Positions 1 to 9,484 of a DNA stretch of 64,000 nt are shown in pieces. The translations under genes and the position numbers were made by a program. Below the pieces are notes generated by a model, which was not told the DNA's origin, ran no database searches, and was given only the letters and a program-made list of their open reading frames with translations. This DNA is from an uncultured Eubacteriales bacterium (GTDB lineage Bacteria > Acidobacteriota > Aminicenantia > Aminicenantales > Aminicenantaceae), in the NCBI GenBank assembly GCA_964410125.1, contig CAYPGQ010000014.1, positions 938 through 64,937 on the forward strand, in the 5' to 3' direction. The first letter of the stretch is position 1. Every line of letters starts with the position of its first letter.

Positions 1-1
1 A

Positions 2-2233
2 ACATGCGACAATGAAACTTACGAACGTGTCAATTTCAGGCCTTTTTACTACAGTCAGATCCGTATCGATCCCAGTGACGATAAGGTCGTGTATGTATTC
101 TCCGGAGGAAGTTATGTTTCCAAGGACATGGGAAAAAAGTTCCGCGCCATCTCAGCCGGAACCCATCCCGACCATCATGCTTTGTGGATAGATCCTGACA
201 ATCCTCTTCATCTTATCGACGGGAATGATGGGGGAATCGACATCACCTATGATGGAGGTAAGACTTGGCGGGGGATAGAACATATGGCTTTAGCCGAAGT
301 CTATCAAATTGGGTTCGACATGAGATCTCCGTATTACGTTTACTGCGGACTTCAAGACAACGGTGTTTGGGGAGGCCCGAGTGCAAAATTTGACAGCCAT
401 GGGATCACCAACTCGGACTGGTTTCTGGTGGGGTACGGAGATGGATTTTATGCGCAGGTTGATCCTAACGACCACAATGTGATCTACGCCAATTCCCAGA
501 TGAACGGCCTATACCGGTATGACATGAGGATTAAAAAAAGCCAAACAATCCGGCCAATAGCACCAGTCGAGGATCCTCCTTACCGATTCAATTGGAATTC
601 TCCGATCCATATTTCTCCTCACGACTCCAAAATCGTGTATACAGGGGGGAATTATCTGTTCAAAACAACCGATGGAGGGCACCGTTGGGATATCATCAGT
701 CCCGACCTCTCCACAAACGATCCGGAAAAACAAAAGGATTCAGGGGGTCCGATCACTCAGGATAACACGGGTGCGGAAATTCACTGCACGATCATAACCA
801 TTGCAGAATCTCCGGTGAAAAGCGGAGTGATCTGGTGCGGGACAGATGACGGCAATGTCCAGGTCACACAGGATGGGGGACAGACATGGACAAACGTGGT
901 GAAAAACATAAAAGGTCTTCCTCCGAACACTTGGTGCTCCCGGATAGAAGTATCCCATTTTGAAAAGGGCACGGCCTTTGCCGCTTTTGACGGCCACCGT
1001 CACGACGATTACAGCACGTATCTTTACAAAACCGACGATTTTGGGAAGACGTGGACTTCACTCAAAGGGGATCTCCCTTTCGGGTGGATTCATGTGGTTC
1101 GGGAAGATTTGATCAATAAAAATCTTTTGTATGTTGGGACAGAATTTGGCCTGTATGCCTCGTTGAACAGAGGTAAGACTTGGTTTTCATTGCAGAATAA
1201 CCTGCCGAATGTGGCGGTGAGGGATATTGCCGTTCACCCGAAAGAAAATGATCTGATCATCGGCACCCACGGACGGGGGATCTGGATCTTGGATAGTATA
1301 ATACCGCTCCAGGAAATGAATCCAAAGGTTTTTGCAACGGATTATCATCTCTTTGGCATTCGCCCCACATCCATTTATCAGATTTCAAGTTCAGGGGAAC
1401 CCTCGAGCAGACCGGTCTATTCTGGGAAAAATCCTGACTATGGGATGATCCTGACAGTTTACATAAAGGATAAGCCAAAGGAGAAACCAAAGGTATTCAT
1501 AAAAAATGCAGAAGGGGAAACGGTTCATGAATTCACATTGCCTACCAGAAAAGGGATCCTGAGGCAAGTGTGGAATCTTCAGATCGTTCCAAAGACAAAA
1601 GACGGAAAAGTAGTAAAACCTACTGGCGTGGGATTTATTGCTCTGCCCGTGGTTTTTCCGGGTAATTATTCAGTCGAGATGACTGCAGAAGGAAAAACGC
1701 TGGCACAAGCGGCAACGATTAATCCAGATCCACGTTTCTCTATTGGAAGAGAAGAATATCAAGCTATGGTTGATGCCCAAGTTGAAGTCATCGTCATTTC
1801 CAAAAAGTATAGTATGACTGTGACAGCAGCAAACAGGATTCGAACCGAGCTGCGCAAACTGAATAAGACTATCCAGGATGAAAAAGATATCCATGATGTT
1901 GTCAAAACAGGAGTGAACGAATTCAGAGACAAATTCGAGGTTTTGGCAGATGATATAAAACCAAAAGGAATTGGATACAAAGTTCCCTCAAAAGTGGCTC
2001 TTCGCGGAGGATATTTATCCCAGCAGCTCATGTTCCTCGGGATGTGGGTAAGCAGTTATCCCGCAGCTCCCACCGAAGTGACTTTGGCTGCGACCAAGGA
2101 ATCGAATGATGAGGTCGATACTCTTATCGGCCGGTTGAACGAATTTATCATTGTTGATATTCCAGCGCTGAATGAGATATTGGAGGGCAACGGCATAAAA
2201 TCCATTAAAGCCCCCAAGGAGGTCAAGTTTTAG
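2..2233 (+). CDS. Sortilin/VPS10-like BNR (Asp-box) repeat beta-propeller protein, 5'-partial (runs off window start)
   Basis: The frame is open from nt 2. Repeated Asp-box-like motifs are present (TYDGGKTW, TTDGGHRW, TQDGGQTW, TDDFGKTW, NRGKTW). It is collinear with the C-terminal two thirds of paralog 49908..53018. Confidence 0.75.
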   Translation, partial: TCDNETYERVNFRPFYYSQIRIDPSDDKVVYVFSGGSYVSKDMGKKFRAISAGTHPDHHALWIDPDNPLHLIDGNDGGIDITYDGGKTWRGIEHMALAEVYQIGFDMRSPYYVYCGLQDNGVWGGPSAKFDSHGITNSDWFLVGYGDGFYAQVDPNDHNVIYANSQMNGLYRYDMRIKKSQTIRPIAPVEDPPYRFNWNSPIHISPHDSKIVYTGGNYLFKTTDGGHRWDIISPDLSTNDPEKQKDSGGPITQDNTGAEIHCTIITIAESPVKSGVIWCGTDDGNVQVTQDGGQTWTNVVKNIKGLPPNTWCSRIEVSHFEKGTAFAAFDGHRHDDYSTYLYKTDDFGKTWTSLKGDLPFGWIHVVREDLINKNLLYVGTEFGLYASLNRGKTWFSLQNNLPNVAVRDIAVHPKENDLIIGTHGRGIWILDSIIPLQEMNPKVFATDYHLFGIRPTSIYQISSSGEPSSRPVYSGKNPDYGMILTVYIKDKPKEKPKVFIKNAEGETVHEFTLPTRKGILRQVWNLQIVPKTKDGKVVKPTGVGFIALPVVFPGNYSVEMTAEGKTLAQAATINPDPRFSIGREEYQAMVDAQVEVIVISKKYSMTVTAANRIRTELRKLNKTIQDEKDIHDVVKTGVNEFRDKFEVLADDIKPKGIGYKVPSKVALRGGYLSQQLMFLGMWVSSYPAAPTEVTLAATKESNDEVDTLIGRLNEFIIVDIPALNEILEGNGIKSIKAPKEVKF

Positions 2234-2247
2234 CAGTCAGGTTAATT

Positions 2248-3261
2248 TTAATTTGCCAAGATAAACTTGAGGTGTTCCCAAGCGACATATAAAAACGGCC
2301 TTTCCGTGTTGGCACGGAGACTCGTGTAACAATATACACATGAATTGTTTTTGCAAAAGTCTTTGATAAATTCCTCTTTGGTTTTATAATCGGTTATGAT
2401 CAGGCCGCAGGGGGATATGGTCCCGTTGGGATTCACGTTAAAAAATTTTTCACCCGTCCTGCACCGGGGAATAAAATCCTGTTCAAAATATTTGATCATT
2501 TTCAAAAAAACATCTTTGGGCGTCCGGATATTTTTTTGTTTTTTCTGCATTTTTAACAGAACATGGATGATTTCTTTGAACTCCTCTATGTCATCCTTGG
2601 ACAACATAAAGCTTTTGTCGTGAGTTCTAAGGGTATTGTACGCGCTGAAATTAAGCCGGACATTCCATTTATTGGAAAGCTCCGCCATTTGGGGCAGCGA
2701 CCGGAAATTATCGCTCTGGATCACACAACATAGAGAGATGGATTTATCCTTTTGGGTATCCAAGGATTGGATGAGTTTTTCAATTTTCTTGAAAAGTCCA
2801 GGAACACCCCGGAACTCGTCGTGTCGATCGTCCGGGTAGTCCAAAGAAATCGAAAATTCATCCACACCTGCTTCTAGTAAACTTTGGTATCTATCCCGTG
2901 TCAATAATGTTGCATTGGTAGTAACAACGATAAACGGTGCCCTATTTGGAATCCTCCATGCCTGGATGATCTGTTCAAGATCTTTTCGCAGCAGAGGCTC
3001 TCCACCTGAGGCTTGAGCGACTACTGGACTGAGCTCTTTGCAGATTTCACCGAGTTTTTCGGGAGAAGCCTGTTCTTCTTCCACATAGCCATGGAGATGG
3101 CAGTGTTTGCACTTGGCATTGCAAGAATGTGTGATTTCGAAGGAAATGCAAAAGGGTCTTTTTGTGAGCTGATTTCTTAGACCGCGTTTGGCTAGCGATA
3201 ATGTGCGCTGTAGAGAATCCATAGGATAAAATATTATTAAAAAATCTAAGGACTTTTTCAA
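2248..3261 (-). CDS. Radical SAM protein with C-terminal Cys-rich (SPASM/twitch-like) region
   Basis: It has the CxxxCxxC motif CNAKCKHC plus GGEPLL, and a C-terminal CKNNSCVYC cluster. The true start may be the internal Met (MDSLQ...). Confidence 0.75.
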   Translation of the reverse strand: MKKSLDFLIIFYPMDSLQRTLSLAKRGLRNQLTKRPFCISFEITHSCNAKCKHCHLHGYVEEEQASPEKLGEICKELSPVVAQASGGEPLLRKDLEQIIQAWRIPNRAPFIVVTTNATLLTRDRYQSLLEAGVDEFSISLDYPDDRHDEFRGVPGLFKKIEKLIQSLDTQKDKSISLCCVIQSDNFRSLPQMAELSNKWNVRLNFSAYNTLRTHDKSFMLSKDDIEEFKEIIHVLLKMQKKQKNIRTPKDVFLKMIKYFEQDFIPRCRTGEKFFNVNPNGTISPCGLIITDYKTKEEFIKDFCKNNSCVYCYTSLRANTERPFLYVAWEHLKFILAN

Positions 3262-3330
3262 GGGAAAGCCTACTAGCTTGGATAATTCATAAATTATCCT
3301 GGTTACCCTGAATTATTCATGTGCAAGCAT

Positions 3331-3384
3331 GAAATCAAGGGACACGTTACCGATTTCAGAAAATCGGTACATGTCCCTGATTTC
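3331..3384. repeat. Long imperfect palindrome (REP-like), copy 1 of 2
   Basis: The sequence gaaatcaagggacacgttaccgatttc-agaa-aatcggtacatgtccctgatttc lies in an intergenic region. The reverse-complement copy is at 59840..59893. Confidence 0.7.
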
Positions 3385-3518
3385 AAATCACATAGATTTG
3401 ATACCCTGTTGAAACAAATCATGTTCATGAATAATCCAGGCTGGACAAATAATCCAGTAAGTTTGACTTTAAAAATCTTATTGCATAGAATCTTTTTACT
3501 TTAATATTGGAGGGTATC

Positions 3519-3941
3519 ATGAGCGAAGCACAAACTCCTCAAATCGTAGCCAGTAATGCTTCTCGCCAGGTCTCAGGTCCAGCAACAGGATTGTTGGTCA
3601 CCGGAATTATCGGGGCTTTCTTTGCAGGTTTAGGTTTGATCGCAAGCATTGTTGGCATGGGTATAGCTCCGTTCATCAGAGAAGAAATCCCTGAGCGCTA
3701 TGTGGAATTCTGGGAAGGATCCATTGGAGTAGGCAGCTCCATCATCGAAATAGCTGTGGCGGCGTTTATCATCTTTGCCGCTCTCAAGATGAAAGAGTTG
3801 AGACAATGGGAACTGAGCCTTGCCGCGAGCATTGTCGCGATGATCCCTTGCATTAGTCCCTGTTGTATTCTTGGACTTCCGATCGGAATATGGGCCCTTG
3901 TTGTCCTGTTGAGGCCCGAAGTTAAAGAGGCCTTTCACTAG
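3519..3941 (+). CDS. Small integral membrane protein (hypothetical)
   Basis: The ATG follows a GGAGGG SD. There are several long hydrophobic segments. Confidence 0.5.
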   Translation: MSEAQTPQIVASNASRQVSGPATGLLVTGIIGAFFAGLGLIASIVGMGIAPFIREEIPERYVEFWEGSIGVGSSIIEIAVAAFIIFAALKMKELRQWELSLAASIVAMIPCISPCCILGLPIGIWALVVLLRPEVKEAFH

Positions 3942-3974
3942 GTCGCATCTACTTTTTTCTGATATTCTTTTTTT

Positions 3975-4397
3975 ATGAAACGCAATTTTCTCCCCAATCT
4001 GGTGATTTTTATCATCTGTTTTAGCATTTTATCGGGGGGGCTCATTCTAACGCCACCAAAAAATGGGAGTCCTTGTGTTCAAATCGGCAGTATCCCGCTT
4101 CCAGGCATATGTATGTTCCGGAGTGTGACCCGCATTCCTTGTCCAGGCTGTGGTTTACTCCGGTCTATGGTGTCTGCCATGCATGGGGATGTGGCCAAAA
4201 GCCTGGAGTATCATAGATTGGGATTGGTCACACTTTTTTATATTGCTTTACAGTTCCTATTCCGCCTGGCAGTACTGCTTTTTCCGATACTGGGAATCCG
4301 TTTTTTACGGTTTGATTCTTTTTTGAACAGAGGTATCATATTGTTAGCGGTTTTATTTGGAGTTAACTGGATACTCACCCTGATCCAACTGCTCTGA
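3975..4397 (+). CDS. DUF2752-like membrane protein
   Basis: A CPGCGLLRS motif follows an N-terminal TM segment, as is typical of DUF2752. The C-terminus is hydrophobic. Confidence 0.55.
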   Translation: MKRNFLPNLVIFIICFSILSGGLILTPPKNGSPCVQIGSIPLPGICMFRSVTRIPCPGCGLLRSMVSAMHGDVAKSLEYHRLGLVTLFYIALQFLFRLAVLLFPILGIRFLRFDSFLNRGIILLAVLFGVNWILTLIQLL

Positions 4398-4531
4398 ATT
4401 ATTTACCCGATCTAGGCTTCACAAGCCACGCAGAACTTATCGGCTTTTGAATAGTCCAGGTTAATTAACCTGAATTATTCGGGTCAATTGCAGGATTTTA
4501 TTTTTTGTTTGATGTATAATTTTGCTTGCAA

Positions 4532-5017
4532 ATGATCCTTATAAGAAATTTCGGGAGGAGGACACTTAAAGGTTTGTTTGTATTGACTTTGTTTTTTCTT
4601 TTTTATCCTTTCGAAGCAAACGCAAAAACAGTACCTCACCACCAAAAACTTCTAAAAGATATACACGACGAAGTATTGCAATTTGGAATAAATAAAGATC
4701 CTGATCTGATCAAAAGAGAGTTCTGGATGGATCTGGACGGACGGGAAGACAATAAGGAAGAACACATTGTCGTTATGAGGTACAATGATGGATTGAACTT
4801 GAAAATGACCGTTCAAGTCACTTATTTTTCCAAAGATAAGGGCAAAAGATTTGTCCGTTTTGCCAAAGATACAAAGCTGGTCCAATGCAGTATAAAAGAA
4901 CATGATTTGGAAATTAACCGTAGCGACTACAGCGACAAAGAAATGGAAAAACTTTTCGCCAATATTCTGACTGGCATTCGCAATAAAAAAGAATTACTCA
5001 AGCTCATAAAACATTAA
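4532..5017 (+). CDS. Secreted hypothetical protein
   Basis: It has an N-terminal signal-like hydrophobic stretch ending in ANA. I recognised no other motif. Confidence 0.4.
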   Translation: MILIRNFGRRTLKGLFVLTLFFLFYPFEANAKTVPHHQKLLKDIHDEVLQFGINKDPDLIKREFWMDLDGREDNKEEHIVVMRYNDGLNLKMTVQVTYFSKDKGKRFVRFAKDTKLVQCSIKEHDLEINRSDYSDKEMEKLFANILTGIRNKKELLKLIKH

Positions 5018-5108
5018 ATATAAAAGATTTAAACGGAAATCAGACCAATCTATTTTAGTTAAGTATAGTTTCTATCCAAGACAAAATTCTGTCTTAAAGG
5101 AGTGAAAG

Positions 5109-6797
5109 ATGAAATATACCAAATATTTGATTGCTGCAGGATTAGGAGCCCTTCTCCTTGCGGGCCTTGATGTTTTCAAGTATGCCGAAAGTGGCCCTAT
5201 CGATCAGGATTTGATTTATAACAAAGATACCTGCACAGATATTATCGTAGGGAAAGATGCCTCTGTGGATGGATCTGTGATCACTTCTCATACCGGGTGT
5301 TGTTCGGAGTGCCGTGTTCATGTGGTTCCTGCGCAGACCTTTAAACAAGGAACCGCGGCACCGGTTTATTATGGGCTTCAGGATGTTAAGAAACCATTAC
5401 ACGAGTACGGGAAAGTTATCGGCTCCATTCCTCAAGTGGCCAGAACATACAAATATTTTCACACCGGTTATCCCCACATCAATGAGCATCAACTGGCCAT
5501 AGGCGAAAGTACATTGAGTCAGAGGTCAGAGTTGCAGGTTGACATCGACTCAGGTAAACAGATTATGACGATTGAGCAGGCTACGCTTTTTGCGCTTCAA
5601 AGGTGTAAAAAAGCAAGGGGAGCCATCACATTGATCACATCGCTTATCGAAAAGTATGGATTTTTGCCTTCCTGCGGTCCTGAATCGGAAGCTCTATGCA
5701 TTGCAGATACCGAAGAAGCATGGGTTTTGGAGGTTTTTTCTGTCGGAAAGGATTGGGAGCCTGGAAGCGGCGAGCTGGGAGCAATCTGGGCTGCTCAAAG
5801 AGTCCCTGATGACCATGTGACTGTTGTGCCGAACTGGAGTATCATCAAGGAAATCGATCTTGCCCAACCGGATTATTTCATGGCTTCGAAGAATTATAAA
5901 GAGGTTGCCATAAAATACGGCTGGTACGATCCCAAAGATAAAAAGCCGTTTATTTGGCAGGAAGCCTATTCTCCTACACCCAGAGAGTGGGCCACTAGCC
6001 GCTTTTGGCTTTTCTTCAGCACGTTTGCCCCTCAGCACAAATGGCCCGATAAGAGACTTAACACGCCTTTTAAGAGTTATGATGCTTATCACCAGTACTT
6101 AGAGCCTCTCTCGACCTATCCTTTCTCTGTGAAGCCTGAGAAGAAGTTATCAGTGAAAGATGTGATCGAATTCCAAAGGTCTGTTTATGAAGGAACGATT
6201 TACGATATGACTGCGGACTCGGATTGGATGGTGCCTGATGGAAAAGGAGGCATGAAAAAAAGTCCGCTAACCACGCCATTTCCCACGCGGGATACACGGG
6301 AGCTTTTAGATATCACCTGGCGCCGGATGGTCTCAAGGGGTGGATATGGGATGGTGGCTCAACTGCGCGGCTGGCTTCCTCCAGAAATCGGCGGCATCTA
6401 CTGGTTTTATCTGGATAATCAGCATGTCAGCACCTATGTGCCCATCTATACGGGAGTCCAAGAAATTTCGCCATTGTATAAAACGTATGATCCAGATCGA
6501 TTCAGCGAGGATTCGGCAAGATGGGCTATCGATTTTGTGGATAATCTTTTATATCTGAGGTGGCAACATGCCATCAAGGATCTTCGAGCCGTAAGAGATC
6601 CGTTGGAAGGAGAATTTTTCGCCAAGACCGGGTCTATCGATCAGGAAGCACTCAAGCTATTCAAGAAGAATCCGGAATTGGCCAAGAAGTATTTGACCGA
6701 TTACACGCGATCCAGTATGGAAAGGACTGTTAAAATGTACAAAGAGCTGAGGAATTTGCTGATTACGAAATACACAAATAATAAACTTGGCCTTTAG
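5109..6797 (+). CDS. Peptidase C69-family dipeptidase
   Basis: A signal peptide is followed by the CTDIIVGKDASVDGSVITSH nucleophile-Cys context characteristic of C69. The SD is AAAGGAG. Confidence 0.65.
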   Translation: MKYTKYLIAAGLGALLLAGLDVFKYAESGPIDQDLIYNKDTCTDIIVGKDASVDGSVITSHTGCCSECRVHVVPAQTFKQGTAAPVYYGLQDVKKPLHEYGKVIGSIPQVARTYKYFHTGYPHINEHQLAIGESTLSQRSELQVDIDSGKQIMTIEQATLFALQRCKKARGAITLITSLIEKYGFLPSCGPESEALCIADTEEAWVLEVFSVGKDWEPGSGELGAIWAAQRVPDDHVTVVPNWSIIKEIDLAQPDYFMASKNYKEVAIKYGWYDPKDKKPFIWQEAYSPTPREWATSRFWLFFSTFAPQHKWPDKRLNTPFKSYDAYHQYLEPLSTYPFSVKPEKKLSVKDVIEFQRSVYEGTIYDMTADSDWMVPDGKGGMKKSPLTTPFPTRDTRELLDITWRRMVSRGGYGMVAQLRGWLPPEIGGIYWFYLDNQHVSTYVPIYTGVQEISPLYKTYDPDRFSEDSARWAIDFVDNLLYLRWQHAIKDLRAVRDPLEGEFFAKTGSIDQEALKLFKKNPELAKKYLTDYTRSSMERTVKMYKELRNLLITKYTNNKLGL

Positions 6798-6810
6798 AAA
6801 GGAGGGGAAG

Positions 6811-7167
6811 ATGGAAAAACATGTCACGTTCGTAGCGGTGATAAACATTGCTTTTGGCTTTTTAGGTATTTTTATCGGCCTCGTTCTTTTTATTGTCCTT
6901 GTCGGTGCAGGAATTATCTCACATGATCCTCAGGCCCTGACGATAACCACGATTGTTGGTGTAGCCATAGCCTGTTTCTTAATCCTGACATCTATCCCGG
7001 AAATCATCGGGGGATTCGGACTGCTCAAGCGAAGGCCTTGGGCCAGAGTTCTCATTCTTGTCATCGCTGTTATGGATCTTATGTTTATACCCATCGGTAC
7101 GCTTATCGGGGTTTACGAACTGTGGGTTCTGCTCCAGGATGATACAGCCAAACTTTTTAAAACTTAA
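6811..7167 (+). CDS. Small membrane protein (hypothetical)
   Basis: The ATG is preceded by AAAGGAGGGG. There are 3-4 TM segments. Its 3' end is duplicated at about 9458. Confidence 0.5.
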   Translation: MEKHVTFVAVINIAFGFLGIFIGLVLFIVLVGAGIISHDPQALTITTIVGVAIACFLILTSIPEIIGGFGLLKRRPWARVLILVIAVMDLMFIPIGTLIGVYELWVLLQDDTAKLFKT

Positions 7168-7318
7168 CTGCCAAAAAGCGAGAAAAATTCCATCGCATGT
7201 TGGAGTCATACCAGATGGCTAGGACCACGGACATCTGCATGAAGGTAGAAGGGCAATTGAGATGTTGCTGAACTGGATGATAAATGTTCCGGTTTTACAA
7301 TGGTTACCGTGATCTGGT

Positions 7319-8683
7319 TTACTTATCTTCTTTTTTTGGCTTGTACTCGTACCATTTTTTTATGGCATCTACGGATGCATTGATCACTGGATAAGCAAGG
7401 GGAGAAGGCGATAACATGGGATGAGTTCCGATTTGAAGATTATCGATATCCATATCCGTCATCTTATTGAGGATCATTACTGAAAACATGTTGACGAGTT
7501 CTCCAACCGAGTCCCCTCCATACAGTTGTGCTCCTAAAAGGGTGTGTGAATAGCGTGAGAAGACGAGTTTGATGTGTAGCTTGGAAGCACCTGGTAATTT
7601 TCCAGGATGTCGGTCGATCGTTGTGGCTTGCCCCACTGTGTAGTCCATATTCATTTCTTTAGCTTTTTGTTCGGTCAACCCGCTTGCCCCGAATGCAGTT
7701 TGGCCGATTTTAGTGGAAAATGATCCCAGCACACCGAGGAATTTTCGCATCACTTTGATCTCAAATAGATTGGAGCCGACAAGGCGCCCTTCTGCCATAG
7801 CTGTTGAAGCCAACATGATATTGGAAAATTCACCAGAAAAAAAGTCATATTTTGCAGCGCAGTCGCCAATTGCAAAAATATCTTTATCAAATGTGCGTAA
7901 ATAATCATTAACCCATATGCCATGATTGGGATGGACGGCCAGTCCGAATTTACTGGCCATTGATAGTACAGGTTTGGCTCCGATGGAAACAATGGCCATA
8001 TCGGCGGGAATCTCATCTCCATTATCCAACCGTGTTCCCGAGATAGTGTCATTGCCAAGTATGGATTCAACTCTGCGTCCGACTAGAATAGTTGCTCCCG
8101 CATCCTCAAGAATTTGCTGCGCTCGAGCACCGAATTCCTGGTCCATAGTCGCAGGAAAGATGCCATTCATCATTTCCACAAGTGTGACTTTTTTCCCGGC
8201 TTTTAAAAACTCATCCGCCATTTCGACGCCGATGTAGCCGCCTCCAATGATAACGATGTTTTCAGAATTCCGAGAATAGGTTTTCATGTCAACTAAGTAT
8301 TCCCGGTCTTTTTTCACAAGAAAAATACCTTTTTTTTCTATGCCGAAAATAGGAGGTTTGACCGGAGTAGCACCAACTGCCAGGACCAATTTATCATAAG
8401 CTATCTCTTCGCCGCTTTTAAGCTTAAGTGTTTTGCCTTCTTTATCTATAACTTCGTCGATAATCAGGTCGGCTTCTGCTTGATCGATCAATTTATCGGG
8501 GAGGATATCATCATCGACTGTATCTAGAGAGTGCATAGTATAGGGTATACCACAAGGAATGAGCGATATCTGTTCTTTTCGTATAAGCGCAATGCTTTTA
8601 TACGGATAGAAATTGTGTGCAGAAATAGCACAGGTAACACCTGCGGGCCCTCCTCCGATTATTACGACATCATATTTTTTCAT
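7319..8683 (-). CDS. FAD-dependent pyridine nucleotide-disulfide oxidoreductase (CoA-disulfide reductase/NADH oxidase family)
   Basis: It has an N-terminal VVIIGGGPAG dinucleotide fold, a second IVIIGGGYIGVE fold and a GDCA motif. Confidence 0.8.
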   Translation of the reverse strand: MKKYDVVIIGGGPAGVTCAISAHNFYPYKSIALIRKEQISLIPCGIPYTMHSLDTVDDDILPDKLIDQAEADLIIDEVIDKEGKTLKLKSGEEIAYDKLVLAVGATPVKPPIFGIEKKGIFLVKKDREYLVDMKTYSRNSENIVIIGGGYIGVEMADEFLKAGKKVTLVEMMNGIFPATMDQEFGARAQQILEDAGATILVGRRVESILGNDTISGTRLDNGDEIPADMAIVSIGAKPVLSMASKFGLAVHPNHGIWVNDYLRTFDKDIFAIGDCAAKYDFFSGEFSNIMLASTAMAEGRLVGSNLFEIKVMRKFLGVLGSFSTKIGQTAFGASGLTEQKAKEMNMDYTVGQATTIDRHPGKLPGASKLHIKLVFSRYSHTLLGAQLYGGDSVGELVNMFSVMILNKMTDMDIDNLQIGTHPMLSPSPLAYPVINASVDAIKKWYEYKPKKEDK

Positions 8684-8723
8684 AAAAATCTCCTTTATTT
8701 AATGTACATTCCCTATTTTAATC

Positions 8724-8818
8724 AGCAAAAAACATGCCAATATTATCCCATGGGATTTTCGAATGCTTATTCAACTCCATATGTCTATTATCGAAAAACT
8801 TATGTACGCATCTGAACA
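8724..8818 (-). promoter_or_regulatory. Sigma54-type promoter (TGGCAT-N7-TTGC, 8724..8739) plus upstream dyad TGTTC-N6-GTACA (8803..8818)
   Basis: The minus strand reads TGGCATGTTTTTTGCT, ending about 40 nt upstream of the oxidoreductase ATG. The same architecture recurs at 57102..57196 and 59662..59755 with 63-64 nt spacing. Confidence 0.55.
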
Positions 8819-9484
8819 GAAATAAATATTCCCCATATCAACTTTACAAAAGAGTTTATCCGGGATTCCATCGGTTTATAATTTATTCCCATTACAGTGT
8901 TCTGTAAATTAGAGGGATTTATTCGCATATTTGGAACTAACGAATCGCTATTCAGTCTAATATTCCACGTCAAATCTTCATGTGCGGAATATCTTCCCTG
9001 CGGTAGGGAAATTTTCCTCACTTCATCCTCCCGTTGAATACCGTAATCCATTGTTATCATTAAGATTATCTATGTGGTATGAAGATTGCTAATTAGTATA
9101 TGAACAGACGTCTGTCTTTATAAGTCTTTGAAAGAAGTAGAAAAATTTAATGGATAAGTAAGGAGGTCAACATGAAGAACCAACATAAGAAGACTTGAGA
9201 ATATTAAGAGAAGTGTGTGATCCTGATGGATATTTCCTTGCTAGGAAACTTAAATAATTAATATCAACTTGGGAAAATTATATCAAATGAGGAAAGTGCG
9301 CTGTTCAAAAAAGTTCAGGGAGTACCCTAAAGTTCATATAGGAGCACTGAAACGAAACCATAAACGTAAAAAGTCAAATTTTATGTGTTTTGGTATGTCA
9401 TTATCTCTGGTTTTTTCCTGCCAATCCTCTCTGGAAATGGATAATCGCTGAAAGGAAAGGAGATACGGCCAGCCTTTTTAAAAC

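Noticed and set aside
3295-3320. A shared 12-mer, CCTGAATTATTC, with an adjacent TCCWGGTTA, also at 4455..4480, both upstream of plus-strand genes.
   Set aside because: There are only two copies and the spacing differs, so it could be chance in AT-rich intergenic DNA.
9172-9198. A tiny ORF, MKNQHKKT, behind a perfect TAAGGAGGT SD in an otherwise empty 750-nt region.
   Set aside because: It is 8 codons with no second copy or downstream gene to regulate, which is not enough evidence.
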